This document shows, piece by piece, positions 42,910 to 54,200 of a stretch of DNA of 64,000 nucleotides. The notes beneath the pieces were generated by a model. The model ran no database searches, had not been told where the DNA came from, and saw only the letters and a list, made by a program, of their open reading frames with translations. The translations under genes were made by a program, and so were the position numbers. Each line of letters opens with the position of its first letter. The first letter of the stretch is position 1. Origin of the DNA: Nitrosopumilaceae archaeon (GTDB lineage Archaea > Thermoproteota > Nitrososphaeria > Nitrososphaerales > Nitrosopumilaceae); the NCBI GenBank assembly GCA_965214835.1, contig CBDCCK010000002.1, positions 1,760,001-1,824,000 of the forward strand, given 5' to 3'.

Positions 42910-43611
42910 CTAGATCTTCCCTAGTTTCTGATAGAACCGCTGGTATGCCCTGCGGTACGATGCCTTGTCACCTATGTCGACAAAGCCCTTCTTTATGGTA
43001 TAGCTGTCCACTTGCCTTTTCTGCGATACCGCCTTTTTTACCACGCTGTCCATCCCGTACGGCCTGTTTTTTGGGATGTATGAGAGCACCCCCGGGTTCA
43101 TGACATAGCATCCCATGTTGATGTCTGCCTTGATCTCCGGCTTTTCGTTCCAGCCCGTGACCCTTCCTGACCTTGACGTCTTGATGACGCCGTACTGGAT
43201 GTTGGTCTTGTACTCGTATAATCCCATCGTGATAAACGGCCTCCTTTTTTTGTGCTGCTTTATCATGCTTCGCAGGCTAAAGTCAAAGACCGAGTCGCCG
43301 TACATGCAGACAAAGTCCTCATCCAGTAACTCTTCTGCGGTCTTGAGCTGGCCTGCAGTTGCAAGCGGCCTTGCAGATGCCGCGTACTCTATGTCCACCC
43401 CGAAGTTACCACCGTCCTCAAAGTAGTCCTGGATTGTCTTTCTCAGGTAGCTTACGCACAGCACGACTGATTTTATGCCGTTTTTCCTGTTCCACTCAAT
43501 TAGGTGTTCCAGCAACGGCTTTTCGCCCAGCGGCAGCATCGGCTTTGGCATGAATGTCGTGTATGGCTGAAGCCTTGTGCCCAGTCCCCCCGTCAGGATT
43601 ACCGATTTCAT
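42910..43611 (-). CDS. sugar-phosphate nucleotidyltransferase
   Basis: VILTGGLGTRLQPYT...PKPMLP. Confidence 0.92.
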   Translation of the reverse strand: MKSVILTGGLGTRLQPYTTFMPKPMLPLGEKPLLEHLIEWNRKNGIKSVVLCVSYLRKTIQDYFEDGGNFGVDIEYAASARPLATAGQLKTAEELLDEDFVCMYGDSVFDFSLRSMIKQHKKRRPFITMGLYEYKTNIQYGVIKTSRSGRVTGWNEKPEIKADINMGCYVMNPGVLSYIPKNRPYGMDSVVKKAVSQKRQVDSYTIKKGFVDIGDKASYRRAYQRFYQKLGKI

Positions 43612-44596
43612 AATAGATCCTAGTCCTGTGTGTATTTATGTTGAGTTGTGGAATCTTTGGGAGGTCCGCCTCACGGCGCCGCCCGCGCGGTGGTCAGAAA
43701 TTGGTCCTATGCCCAACCTAAGCGATTACGATAGCAGTCTTTAATCTGCTATAGGCAATCCAAGCATTATCAACACATGCCAAGTACGAGGTCACCTATA
43801 CTGATGACCATTGAAAATTTCGCCTGATTACACATCTTGCAAAGGTTTATAGCTCTCCACCATGACCCTCTTGGCATGAACAAGACGAAAATCCTCACGG
43901 ATGCCATGCATGTCGAAAAGGATCTCAAGATTCACACCAGAATCATGGCGGTGCGCTCCGTACTGCTTGGCAACACCACTGCAGACCGCAGAGATTGCCG
44001 ACGTGACACAGCGTACAGTACAGATGTGGATCGAGAGGTTTGAGCTTGACGGCATCGACGGCCTCCGTGACTCCCCCAACAGGGGCAGAAAACCAAAGGT
44101 TCCGGTCGGCAGGATAAAAAAGATCGCCACAAAGTTGCGCAGGACGGAAAAGCTCACCCCGAAGAAGCTGTGCAACTGGGTGCGCCGCAGGCTGCATGTC
44201 ACATACAGCGTGGGAAGCATCAGAAGAATCCTGCGCACGATGGGATTCTCGCTAAAGACGTCAACCACCAAGCTGGCAGATGCTGCCGACGAAGGCGGTA
44301 AGACGGTGGCAAAGGGCGGCAAAAGACACGATTGCGCTTGCAAAAAGGCGCGGATTTAGGATAACTGTACAGGACGAATCGATATTCGTCAGTACGGGAA
44401 GGGACGGCAGAAAGTTCTGGTCGCCAGTGGGGGACAGGATCTAGGTGCAACGATCCGGCAGAAGGGAGCGCGTCGTGGTATACGGAACGATTGCAGACGA
44501 CGGAACCAGGCTGATGCGCACGTACGACAAGTTCAACAGTGCAAACTTTGTGCGTTATCTTAAACAGGCGCACAAAAAGTGGGGAAAGGTTCTGAT

Positions 44597-44689
44597 GTAC
44601 GAGGTCACCTACCCCTGCCAATCAGGCACGAACTGACATCTATGACTATGATTTTCATGCCTAGTCAACAGGGGGACGTGACCACATAC
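44597..44689. mobile_element. MITE family B (93 bp) inside IS630 transposase
   Basis: Ends GTACGAGGTCAC/GTGACCACATAC; exact 8-bp TSD GTTCTGAT. Confidence 0.92.
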
Positions 44690-44842
44690 GTTCTGATGGT
44701 GATGGACAACGCAGCACAGCACAAGACCAAAAAGATCCGCAGATACCTAAAGAAAAATCCCGACGTTGTCTTGCTGTACCTGCCGGTAGCTAGGCCGGAG
44801 CTGAGCGCCATAGAGGCAGTCTGGAAGGATGCCAAGTACAGG

Positions 44843-44952
44843 CTGGTCACGTCGGCCTTTTATGACACGGTAGATCACCCGATACCTCCGCGTAGACTGC
44901 CATCGCCATACCCATCTGGTCACGTCGGCCTTTTATGACACGGTAGATCACC
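44843..44952. repeat. 37-bp direct repeat / 36-bp unique spacer / 37-bp direct repeat
   Basis: CTGGTCACGTCGGCCTTTTATGACACGGTAGATCACC at 44843-44879 and 44916-44952; spacer CGATACCTCCGCGTAGACTGCCATCGCCATACCCAT. The intact IS copy has the segment once (about 9309-9345). Confidence 0.95.
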
Positions 44953-46075
44953 TCAAAAGGGCCGTCTCGGAATACTTTAGGACGTGCTCCATCAAGATTG
45001 ACATCTACAAGTATCTTGAGCGCAGCGTGTAAGGGAGGCGAAATTTTCAATGATCATCAGTATAGTTTTGACGTGTTTTGACAACCTGCTTAACATATTG
45101 CGATCATGCTGATCAAATACGATGCCTGCATGGCATCAGTACCATGAAAGGCCGTCGACCCACATACCGCGAACTAGAGGCCACAATCGTATCAGTCACA
45201 GACAGAATAAGCACGCTAGAAAATAACCAAAAGGCAATGTGCAGGGTGATAATCGAGAAGGACAGGATAATCGAGAAGGACAGGATAATCGAGGAACAAG
45301 GCAGGCGGCTCCTGTACTACGAGAACTCGCCACCGTCTGCAGAATCACTAGAGTACAAGAGGCAAAAGGCGCAGCGGAAAAGGGAGAGGGTCAGTAACCG
45401 TGGCAACGGTAGCAACGGCAGCAGTAGTGGCAACAATAATGGCACCGGCAAAAAGCCGGGAGGCCAGAGGGGCCACAAGGGGACATCCAGAAGACACGAC
45501 CCCCAGAAGATGGTGCTTCATACGTTCCAGGACAACGACGGGGCGTGCTCGCCGGTGTGCATGTGCGGGAGGGCCATGGACATAACTGCCCTGATACGGG
45601 ACATCATCGACTTAACCGGTCCGGATGACAGAGACGCGGCACATAACCGAGCGTGCCACATGCAGACTGTGCGGCATTACGATATCAGCAGACGACGGAC
45701 TCCCAAGGAGGGACAGGTACGGCAAGCACATGATCTCCCTTGTGTCTGCCTTGCGCGCAAGGCACATGCCGCTGCAGTCCGTGGCAGACACGCTCAAGGA
45801 GCTTTCCGGCAGGAGCATCGCCAAATCGACCGTAATCAACATGATCGGAGAGGTATGCGACTCTATGCAAAAGCCGTCAGGCGCGATCCTGGGCGGCATC
45901 AAGAGATCATCCAACGTCAGAATAGACGAGACTGCGGCCAGCATGAACGGCAGCTGTATATGGACATGGACTGCCGAGACGGACAACGGCGTGTTTGTCA
46001 AGTACAATACGAGCAGGGGCGCACTGTTCCTGTACAGGCACATGGAGGAGTATGGCAGAATAGTGACATCTGACA

Positions 46076-46204
46076 GGGGTTGTCGCCTAATTCCACTTAT
46101 TTGACCCAATCTGCACGTTTTTCTGAATTTCCGCCCTTTTGCACGCCTGATCATATGGCATCTCAACGGTTTTCGGGGATTCTAGCGAATTAGGCGACAA
46201 CCCC
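46076..46204. mobile_element. MITE family C (129 bp)
   Basis: 18-bp TIR GGGGTTGTCGCCTAATTC; 9-bp TSD CATCTGACA. Confidence 0.93.
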
Positions 46205-46273
46205 CATCTGACAAGTATTCGGTGTATGACAGGTTCAACGGGGAGGACAGGCACCAGCTGTGCTGGTCGCACG

Positions 46274-46402
46274 GGGGTTGTCGCCTAATTCGCTAGAATC
46301 CCCGAAAACCGTTGAGATGCCATATGATCAGGCGTGCAAAAGGGCGGAAATTCAGAAAAACGTGCAGATTGGGTCAAATAAGTGGAATTAGGCGACAACC
46401 CC
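46274..46402. mobile_element. MITE family C (129 bp), opposite orientation
   Basis: Same TIR; 9-bp TSD GGTCGCACG; reverse complement of 46076-46204. Confidence 0.93.
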
Positions 46403-46883
46403 GGTCGCACGAGCTGCGCGTATCAAAATACGCGGCGCAAAAGCAGGGCTCCCCGCTGTTTGCGGGAATACTGTACGAACAGCTTCGGCAGCTGTACCGT
46501 AGCGCCGTCAGGGCCGCAAGGAGGAGGAAGGACAGGGGCAAGGATCTGCGCAGAAGGTTCGAGTCCTGGCTGCGCAACATACTGTCCGGGTACCGGGAAG
46601 GCACGGACGACTTCGTCCTGGGCCCGGTACTGCGCAGACTGACAAGCTCGCTGCCGCACCTGTTTACGTTCCTGGAGCACGACGGCGTGCATCCCACAAA
46701 CAACGCCGCAAAGCGTGCCCTGTCCGGCGTCGTCTTCCGCAAGATAAGCGGGCAGATCAAGGGAGAGGAACTCTGGATGAGGAGGTGGTCGCAGTTTATG
46801 ACGTGCATACTGACATGGAAGGCAAGGGGCGGATCCGTAGCAGACGAGGTCATGAAACTGGTTTAGGAACGTGACCTCATACG

Positions 46884-48092
46884 ACTTGACGGTTCCCGCT
46901 ACATGGTCAGATCCCAGTCAAGGAACAAACTGCATGATGTCATTTCCACCGAGTCCGGCTGGAGCTGCTCCTGCGAGGATCACCGCTTCAGAAGGACGTG
47001 CTGCAAGCACATCCATGCAGTCGAGATCTCAATAAGGATTCACCAAAAAGTCAAGGATGATGTTGTGATTTCCGAGGTTGCCCTTGATTCGTGCAAGTAT
47101 TGCAGTTCCACAAACATCGTAAAGATGGGCATACGTCACAACAGGCAGCATGATATCCAGATGCTCAAATGCAAAGACTGCTACAGAAAGTTCTCGCACA
47201 ACCTGGGCTTTGAGAGGATGATGGCAACACCGGACCAGATAACGATGGCCATGAACCGTGACAGCTCGGACTCTGGAAGTTTAGGCGTGAGCTTTACCGC
47301 CAAAGAGGCATCCGCAGATGTAATTCGTGCCTAAAATCACAAGTCACTTTCAGAGTCCGAGCTGTTACCATGAACCTGTATTTCAACGGCGAGTCCTCAA
47401 GGAAGGTGGTACAGTCGATAGCCCTGACCGGAGTCAGGGTGTCGTACAGGACAGTCCAGAGATGGAACAACAAGTACGTTGAGCTCATGAACAGATACCT
47501 TGAAAAAATCACCCCGCAGGTAGGCGAGGAATGGAGGACGGACGAGCTGTACCTGAAGATCAAGGGAGACCGAAAGTACCTCTTTGCCATGATGGACAGC
47601 GAGACCCGGTTCTGGATTGCCCAGATGGTGTCAGAACACAAGGGAAACGATGACGTCTCACCAATGTTCAAAGAGGCAAAAAAGAGGGCAGGCAAAGTCC
47701 CCTTAACGCTAATTTCCGACGGGGCAGCAAACTTTCACCATGCCTGGAGGGAGCAATACCGCTCAAAAAACTTCCTGCACAAGGATACGGAACACCACAG
47801 GCACATCCACATGACGGGCGACATGAACAACAACCAGATGGAATCCTTCAACGGCGACACGCTGAGGGCTAGGGAGAAGGTGATCCGTGGGATCAAGAGG
47901 GATGACTCTGCAATACTCAAGGGGATGCAGATCCATCACAACTACATCCGCCCGCACTAGGGACTTGACGGCGACACACCGGCAGCAAGGGCCGGAATCA
48001 GAATAACCGGTGATAACAAATGGAAGACGGTAATACAGAATGCCGCTAAATCCGATCTACCGACATGTCCCACGAAGAATCATCTACCGTAA
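46884..48092 (+). pseudogene. IS6-family transposase (SWIM + Zn ribbon + DDE), 5'-truncated, MITE-interrupted, premature stop
   Basis: WSCSCEDH...CKHIH, CKYC...CKDC, WRTDELYLKI, ISDG, NNQMESFN, YIRPH-TAG-GLDGDTPA. Confidence 0.85.
47258..47368. mobile_element. MITE family A (111 bp) inside IS6 transposase
   Basis: TIR GT(G/A)ACAGCTCGGACTCTG; exact 8-bp TSD CATGAACC; removal restores MAMNLYF. Confidence 0.93.
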
Positions 48093-48283
48093 ACGTCCCA
48101 GTTCCACTAATTCATTATCTTTAATAATCAGCCCTGATTTAACCCTCATATCAGAATGAATGCCTCACATGCTGTTATGATGCAGAGTACCTCTGCCAAA
48201 GTCACCCTGATCGATTGGGGGGGGGGTGACCTACCGTAGCCTCGACACTGCGACACCCGTCACATCGGATCGCCACCCTGTAC

Positions 48284-51200
48284 TTGATGTTCATTGCAGC
48301 TGCCGTCTCAGGCCTAGCTGCCGCCGGTGGTCTGCAGGAGGCATATGCACAGCATCCCTTGGTTGAGGTAACTGCCACCGGGATGTTGGATAATAATAAT
48401 TCTATAGAGCTTGATTCTCCCTACGCCGTGGACATCTTCACCATAGGCGGCAACACCTACGCCGCAATAGCCGCCCGGCTCGACAACGGCCTCCAGATTG
48501 TGGATGTCTCCGATCCCGACAACCCTGCACCTGCCGGGAAATTGGAAGACACCGAGGGCTCCAATGAGCTGCTGCTTGAAGGCGCCTTCGACGTGGATGT
48601 CTTTATGATAGGCAGCAACACCTACGTCGCAGTGGCATCCTTCGTTGATGACGGCCTCCAGATTGTGGATGTCTCCGATCCCGCCAACCCCTCCGCCGCC
48701 GGCAGTCTGGGAAATGATGGCACCCGGGAGCTTAACGGCGCCAGAGGCGTGGATGTCTTTACGATAGGCAGCAACACCTACGTCGCAGTGGCCTCCTTTG
48801 ATGATGACGGCCTCCAGATTGTGGATGTCTCCGATCCCGCCAACCCCTCCGCCGCCGGCAGTCTGGGAAATGATGGCACCCGGGAGCTTAACGGCGCCAG
48901 AGGCGTGGACGTCTTTACGATAGGCAGCAACACCTACGCCGCAGTAATCGCCGAGACCGACGACGGCCTCCAGATTGTGGATGTCTCCGATCCCGACAAC
49001 CCTGCACCTGCCGGGAAATTGGAAGACACCGTGGGCTCAGATGAGCTGCTGCTTGATGATCCTTACGACGTGGACGTCTTTACGATAGGCAGCAACACCT
49101 ACGCCGCAGTGGCCTCCTGGGCCGACGATGGCCTCCAGATTGTAGACGTAACCGATCCCGACAACCCAGCAGCCGTCGGCAGCTTGGGAGATGGGGGCTC
49201 TAGGCTGCTTGACGGCGCCTCTGCCGTGAGTACTTTCACAATAGGCGACAAGGCCTACGCCGCAGTCACATCGACTGCCGACGACGGTCTCCAGATTGTA
49301 GATGTCACCAACCCTGCCAGTCCGGCCGCCGTCGGCAGCCTGAAAGATGGGGGCTCTAGGGAGCTTGACGGCGCCCTCGGTGTGAACGTTTTCATGATAG
49401 GCAGCAGAACCTACGCCGCAGTCACATCCTTTCTTGACGACGGCCTCCAGCTAGCGGAGATCAGCCAGATCCCGGCCAGCCCGGACAGCCCAATCCCATC
49501 CGGAAGCCTGCCCGACGGCACTAGTCTGCTACTTGAGAAATCCCGCAGCGTGGACACCTTTGAGATAGGCGGCTCCACGTATGCGGTAGCAGTCTCCAGC
49601 AGCGAGAACGGCACTCAGATCGTGGATGTCACCAACCCTGCCGCCCCGACGGCCACCGGGAACCTGGCAGACGACACCACCCGGCTGCTTGAGGGCGCCC
49701 GCGGCGTGAAAGTCTTCATGGCAGGCGGCAACACCTACGCCGTCGTCACAGCCCATGGCGACGACGGAGTCGAGGTAATCGACGTCACCGATCCGGACAA
49801 CCCGGCCTCGGTGGGGCGTCTGGCAGACGACGGCTCCCGGCTGCTTGATGGGGCCACCGCCGTGACCACCTTTGGGATCGGCACGGACACCTACGCCGCA
49901 GTCACCTCCCAGCACGATGGCGGCCTTCAGATCATAGACATAACCAATCCTGCCAGTCCGGCAGCCGCCGACAAACTGGAAGACGACGGCTCCTGGCTGC
50001 TTGGCGATACCAGCGCAGTGGACACCTTTGAGATAGGCGGCTCCACGTATGCAGTCGTGGCCTCCTGGGCCGACGACGGACTCCAGATTGTAGACGTCAC
50101 CGATCCCGACAACCTGGCAGCCGCAGGACAGCTGGCAGACGACAACGACCTACTGCTTCGTGGAATCCGTGACATGGCCGTCTTTGAGACGGGCGGCTCT
50201 GTATACGCCGCAGTGGCCTCCTGGGCCGACGACGGACTCCAGATTGTCGATATAACCGATCCCGACAACCCGGCGGCGGCAGGAAAACTGGCAGACGACA
50301 ACGACCTGCTGCTTGACGGGGCCAGCGGCGTGGAGATATTCCGGACGGACATGAAAGTCTACGCAGCAGTGGCATCCCAGACCGATGATGGCATCCAGAT
50401 TGTCGATATAACCGATCCCGACAATCCCTTGGGGGCCGGACTCGTGGGGGACGGCCCGCTGTACTCGCTTGACGCGGCACGGGATCTGGCCGTGTTTATG
50501 ATGGGTAGCAACACGTACACCGTGGTGGCCTCCGACACGGAGGGCCTCCAGACGGTAAAACTTACCGAGGCCCACAACAACGCCCCAGTCCTGGGAACAA
50601 TAGGCGACCAGACCGCAGCGCCCGATATACAGCTGGTTATAACGCCCACGGTAACCGATGCGGATTCAACTGATACGCACACGTACTTGATATCGCGTGG
50701 CACGCTGCCCGCAGCTGCCGTATTTGATACCGCGGACGGCAGCATCGTCTGGACGCCGGTTCAGGGCGATGTCGGACAGACCCACACGGTCACCATAACC
50801 GTTGATGACGGCCGCGGCGGCGCCGACTCGGAGACATTTGACATAGTCGTGGGCGAGCTGGCTGCCGTCGGCAGTCTGGGAGATGATACCAATCTGCTGC
50901 TTGGCGGCGCCCACGACGTGGACACGTTCACGATCGGACAGAACACCTATGCGGTAGTGGTCGCCGAAACAGACGACGGCATCCAGATTGTAGATGTCAC
51001 CAACCCTGCCAGCCCGGTAGCTGTCGGGCATCTGAGCGACGACACCAACATACTGCTTGATGGCCCCCGCGGCGTGGATATATCCGTGATAGGTGGCAAC
51101 ACCTACGCTATAGTTGCGACCTACTTTGAGAGCGCCCTCCAGATCGTGAACGTTACCGATCCTACTGATCCTGTAGCTGCAGGTAGTCTGAAAGATACTA

Positions 51201-54200
51201 ACAGCTTGGAGCTTGAAACCCCCCAGGCCGTGGCCGTATTCACGATAGGCAGCAACACCTACGCCGCAGTGGCCTCCTACCAGGACAATGCCCTCCAGAT
51301 CGTGGACATCACAAACCCGGCCGCCCCGATGGCCACCGGGAATTTGAAAGATGGAGGCTCCGCGCGGCTTGACGGTCCACGTGACGTGGAAATCTTCACG
51401 ATAGGTAGCAACACCTACGCCGCGGTCGCCTCCTCTTTGGACAACGCCCTCCAGATTGTAGACGTCACCGATCCTGCCGATCCGACTCCAGCCGGGAGGC
51501 TGAGCGATACGGGCTCCCGGGAGCTTGGCGGCCCCCGCGGTGTGGAAATCTTCACGATATGCAGCAACACCTACGCCGCAGTCGCCGCCTACAAAGACCA
51601 CGGCCTCCAGATCGTGGATGTCACCGATCCTGCCGATCCGATGCCCACCGGCAAACTGGAAGATAGCAACTCCCGGAATCTTCAGAGCCCCCGCGGCGTG
51701 GCCGTCTTCACCACAGGTAGCAATATCTACGCCGCAGTGGCCTCCTTTCACGACGACGGCCTCCAGATTGTAGACGTCACCGATCCGACCGATCCGACTC
51801 CAGCCGGGAGGCTGAGCGATACGGGCTCCCGGGAGCTTGGCGGCGCCAGCGCAGTGACCACCTTCACCATAGGCAGTAACACCTATGCCGCAGTTGCATC
51901 CACCTCAGATAACGGACTCCAGCTAGCGAGACTGGGCGCGGAGGCAGGGACTCTTCCCAACTGTGTCCCCGTCCTGGGTGCAATAGGCAACCAGACCGCA
52001 ACGCCGGGAATGCAGCTGACCATAACGCCTATGGTAACTGACGCCGACACAACTGACACGCACACGTATTCCATAACACGCGGCACGCTGCCGGCAGCTG
52101 CCGTATTCAATACCTCTGACGGCACCCTCGTCTGGACGCCGGTTCAGGGTGATGTCGGACAGACCCACCAAGTCACCATAACCGTTGATGACGGCCGCGG
52201 CGGCACCGACTCGGAGACCTTTGATATAGCCGTGGCCGATGAGGGTACCATTCCTCCCAACAGTTCGCCGGTGGCACCTAACGAGACGGCAACCACCGCA
52301 GAGGACACACCCATTACCATAACGCCTGCCATATCGGATCCAGACACATCGGATACCCCTGTAATATCGGCAGTAGAGAACCCGCCAAACGGGTCTGCCA
52401 CCCATGATGATACCACCATAACCTACATTCCCGACCAGGATTATGTGGGTACGGACACCTTCGGATATACGATATCTGACGGCACCGACACGGCGCAGGG
52501 CACCGTAACGATAACCGTCACACGCGACAACAATGATCCTGTCATGGACACCATAGGCAACCAGAACGCGGTGTTGGACATCCCATTAACAGTAACGCCT
52601 AGGGTAACTGACGCCGACACAACTGACACGCACACGTACTCTATATCGCGCGGCACGCTGCCCGCAGCTGCCGTATTCAATACCTCTGACGGCACCCTCG
52701 TCTGGACGCCGGTTCAGGGTGATGTCGGACAGACCCACCAAGTCACCATAACCGTTGATGACGGCCGCGGCGGCACCGATTCGGAGACCTTTGGGATAAC
52801 AGTGGCCGCCCGGGCCGTGATAATACTTAACGGCACCGACCCATGGCACCACGAGCTTGGCGATGACCCGTATATAGATCCGGGAGCCGAGGCAACCGAC
52901 GGCTCGACAGTCAACACCGACGCCTCTGCTGTAGACGTAAACGTGGCAGGCAACTATACCGTAAATTATACGGCAACCGACACCCAAGGCGACATCATCA
53001 TGGCCAACCGGACCGTTCAGGTGCGCGACACCACGCCGCCGGTCATCGATATATCGGGCAACCCACAGGTCACCACACCGCTGGGCTCAGAATATACCGA
53101 TGCCGGTGCCACGTCCACCGACAACGATCCGAACTATGCAGACGCCGTCTCTGATGATGCCGCCTCGGTGGATACGTCCCGGCCCGGAACCTATACGGTG
53201 ACCTACACGGCAACCGATGCTGCCGGCAACACGGGAACTGCCACGAGGACCGTGACGATACCTGTGGAGTACATAACGATGGGCGCCCTGATTCCGCAGA
53301 CGGGTGGACTGGGCGGCCAGCTTGGAGAGCACCACACATTTGCGGCCAATGCCGCCGTCGATGACCTCAACGCCTACCTTGAGAGGAACGGCGCAGTCTG
53401 GCGCGCCGACCAGCTGGTCATCAATGATACGGAGGCTGCCGACGTGCAGACCCTGATCCGGTCGCTTGACTCGGCAGGCATAACGATGGTCTCCGGGCCC
53501 GTCCGCAGCTCCGAGCTGGACGCCATAAGGAATTATGCCGATTCCAACGGCATGATACTTGTCAGCTGCTGCTCGACTGCGCTCTCGCTTGCAATCGAGG
53601 GCGACAACATCTTCAGGCTGGCGCCGGATGACTCGCAGCAGGGATCCGTGATTGCCGGCCTGCTCGGCGACGAGTACGAAAAGGACGTCATGGTCGTGGT
53701 GTGGAGGGACGACATCTGGGGCGAGGGCATCAGAAACTCGGCTGTGACCGAATTTGAGGCGCTCGGCGGCACGGCAGACGAGCTGGGCAGCTATGATCCG
53801 GACGATCCCGACCTGGACGGCACCTTTGAGGCACTGGCCGCACGGCTCAGCACGGCCGTCTCCGGACATGTGGAGAATGTGGGCGCAGACCGGGTCTCCG
53901 TCCTGTTCATAGGGCAGGAGGAGATGTCCCGGTTCGTGGCAAAGGCGGCCGGCCATCCGGTGCTGGGTACGGTACAGTGGATGGGCTCGGATGCCTCCGT
54001 CAACAGCGCGGCGCTGGTCGATGCTCCCAGGGTATTTGAGTTCCTGAGGGATGCAGACTTTCAGGCGTCTGTCTTTGCAGAGGACTCGGACAGCCCCGCA
54101 TACAGGTACCTGACGGATCTGATCGACGACGAGTTTGGCACCGCGCCTGCCGTGTATACCTACGGCATGTACGATACCATATGGGTGATGGGACTGGCAC

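Larger units (their letters stand above)
43799..45062 (+). mobile_element. IS630 pseudogene copy (same family as 8362-9455) inserted at a TA in the IS66 left end
   Basis: Same TIRs; frameshifts, a stop, a MITE B insertion and a 73-bp duplication-plus-insert. Confidence 0.9.
43784..46882 (+). mobile_element. IS66-family element with broken transposase (45144-46866) hosting nested insertions
   Basis: Ends GTACGAGGTCAC and GTGACCTCATAC; motifs NSPPS, KPGGQRGHKG, IDET, QLCWSHELR (after removing the MITE), PTNNAAKRAL. Confidence 0.88.

Noticed and set aside
45248-45292. 18-bp tandem repeat (IIEKDR) in one IS66 ORF and a 21-bp duplication near 20640-20682 in the other
   Set aside because: Ordinary slippage in coiled-coil regions with no foreign insert, unlike 44843-44952.
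48156-48290. Run of 10 G (48217-48226) in a short ORF upstream of the giant protein, as a phase-variation switch
   Set aside because: The giant protein's frame has TGA immediately after the G run (48227-48229), so changing the G count alone cannot fuse the upstream ATG to it. A transcriptional effect is not excluded.
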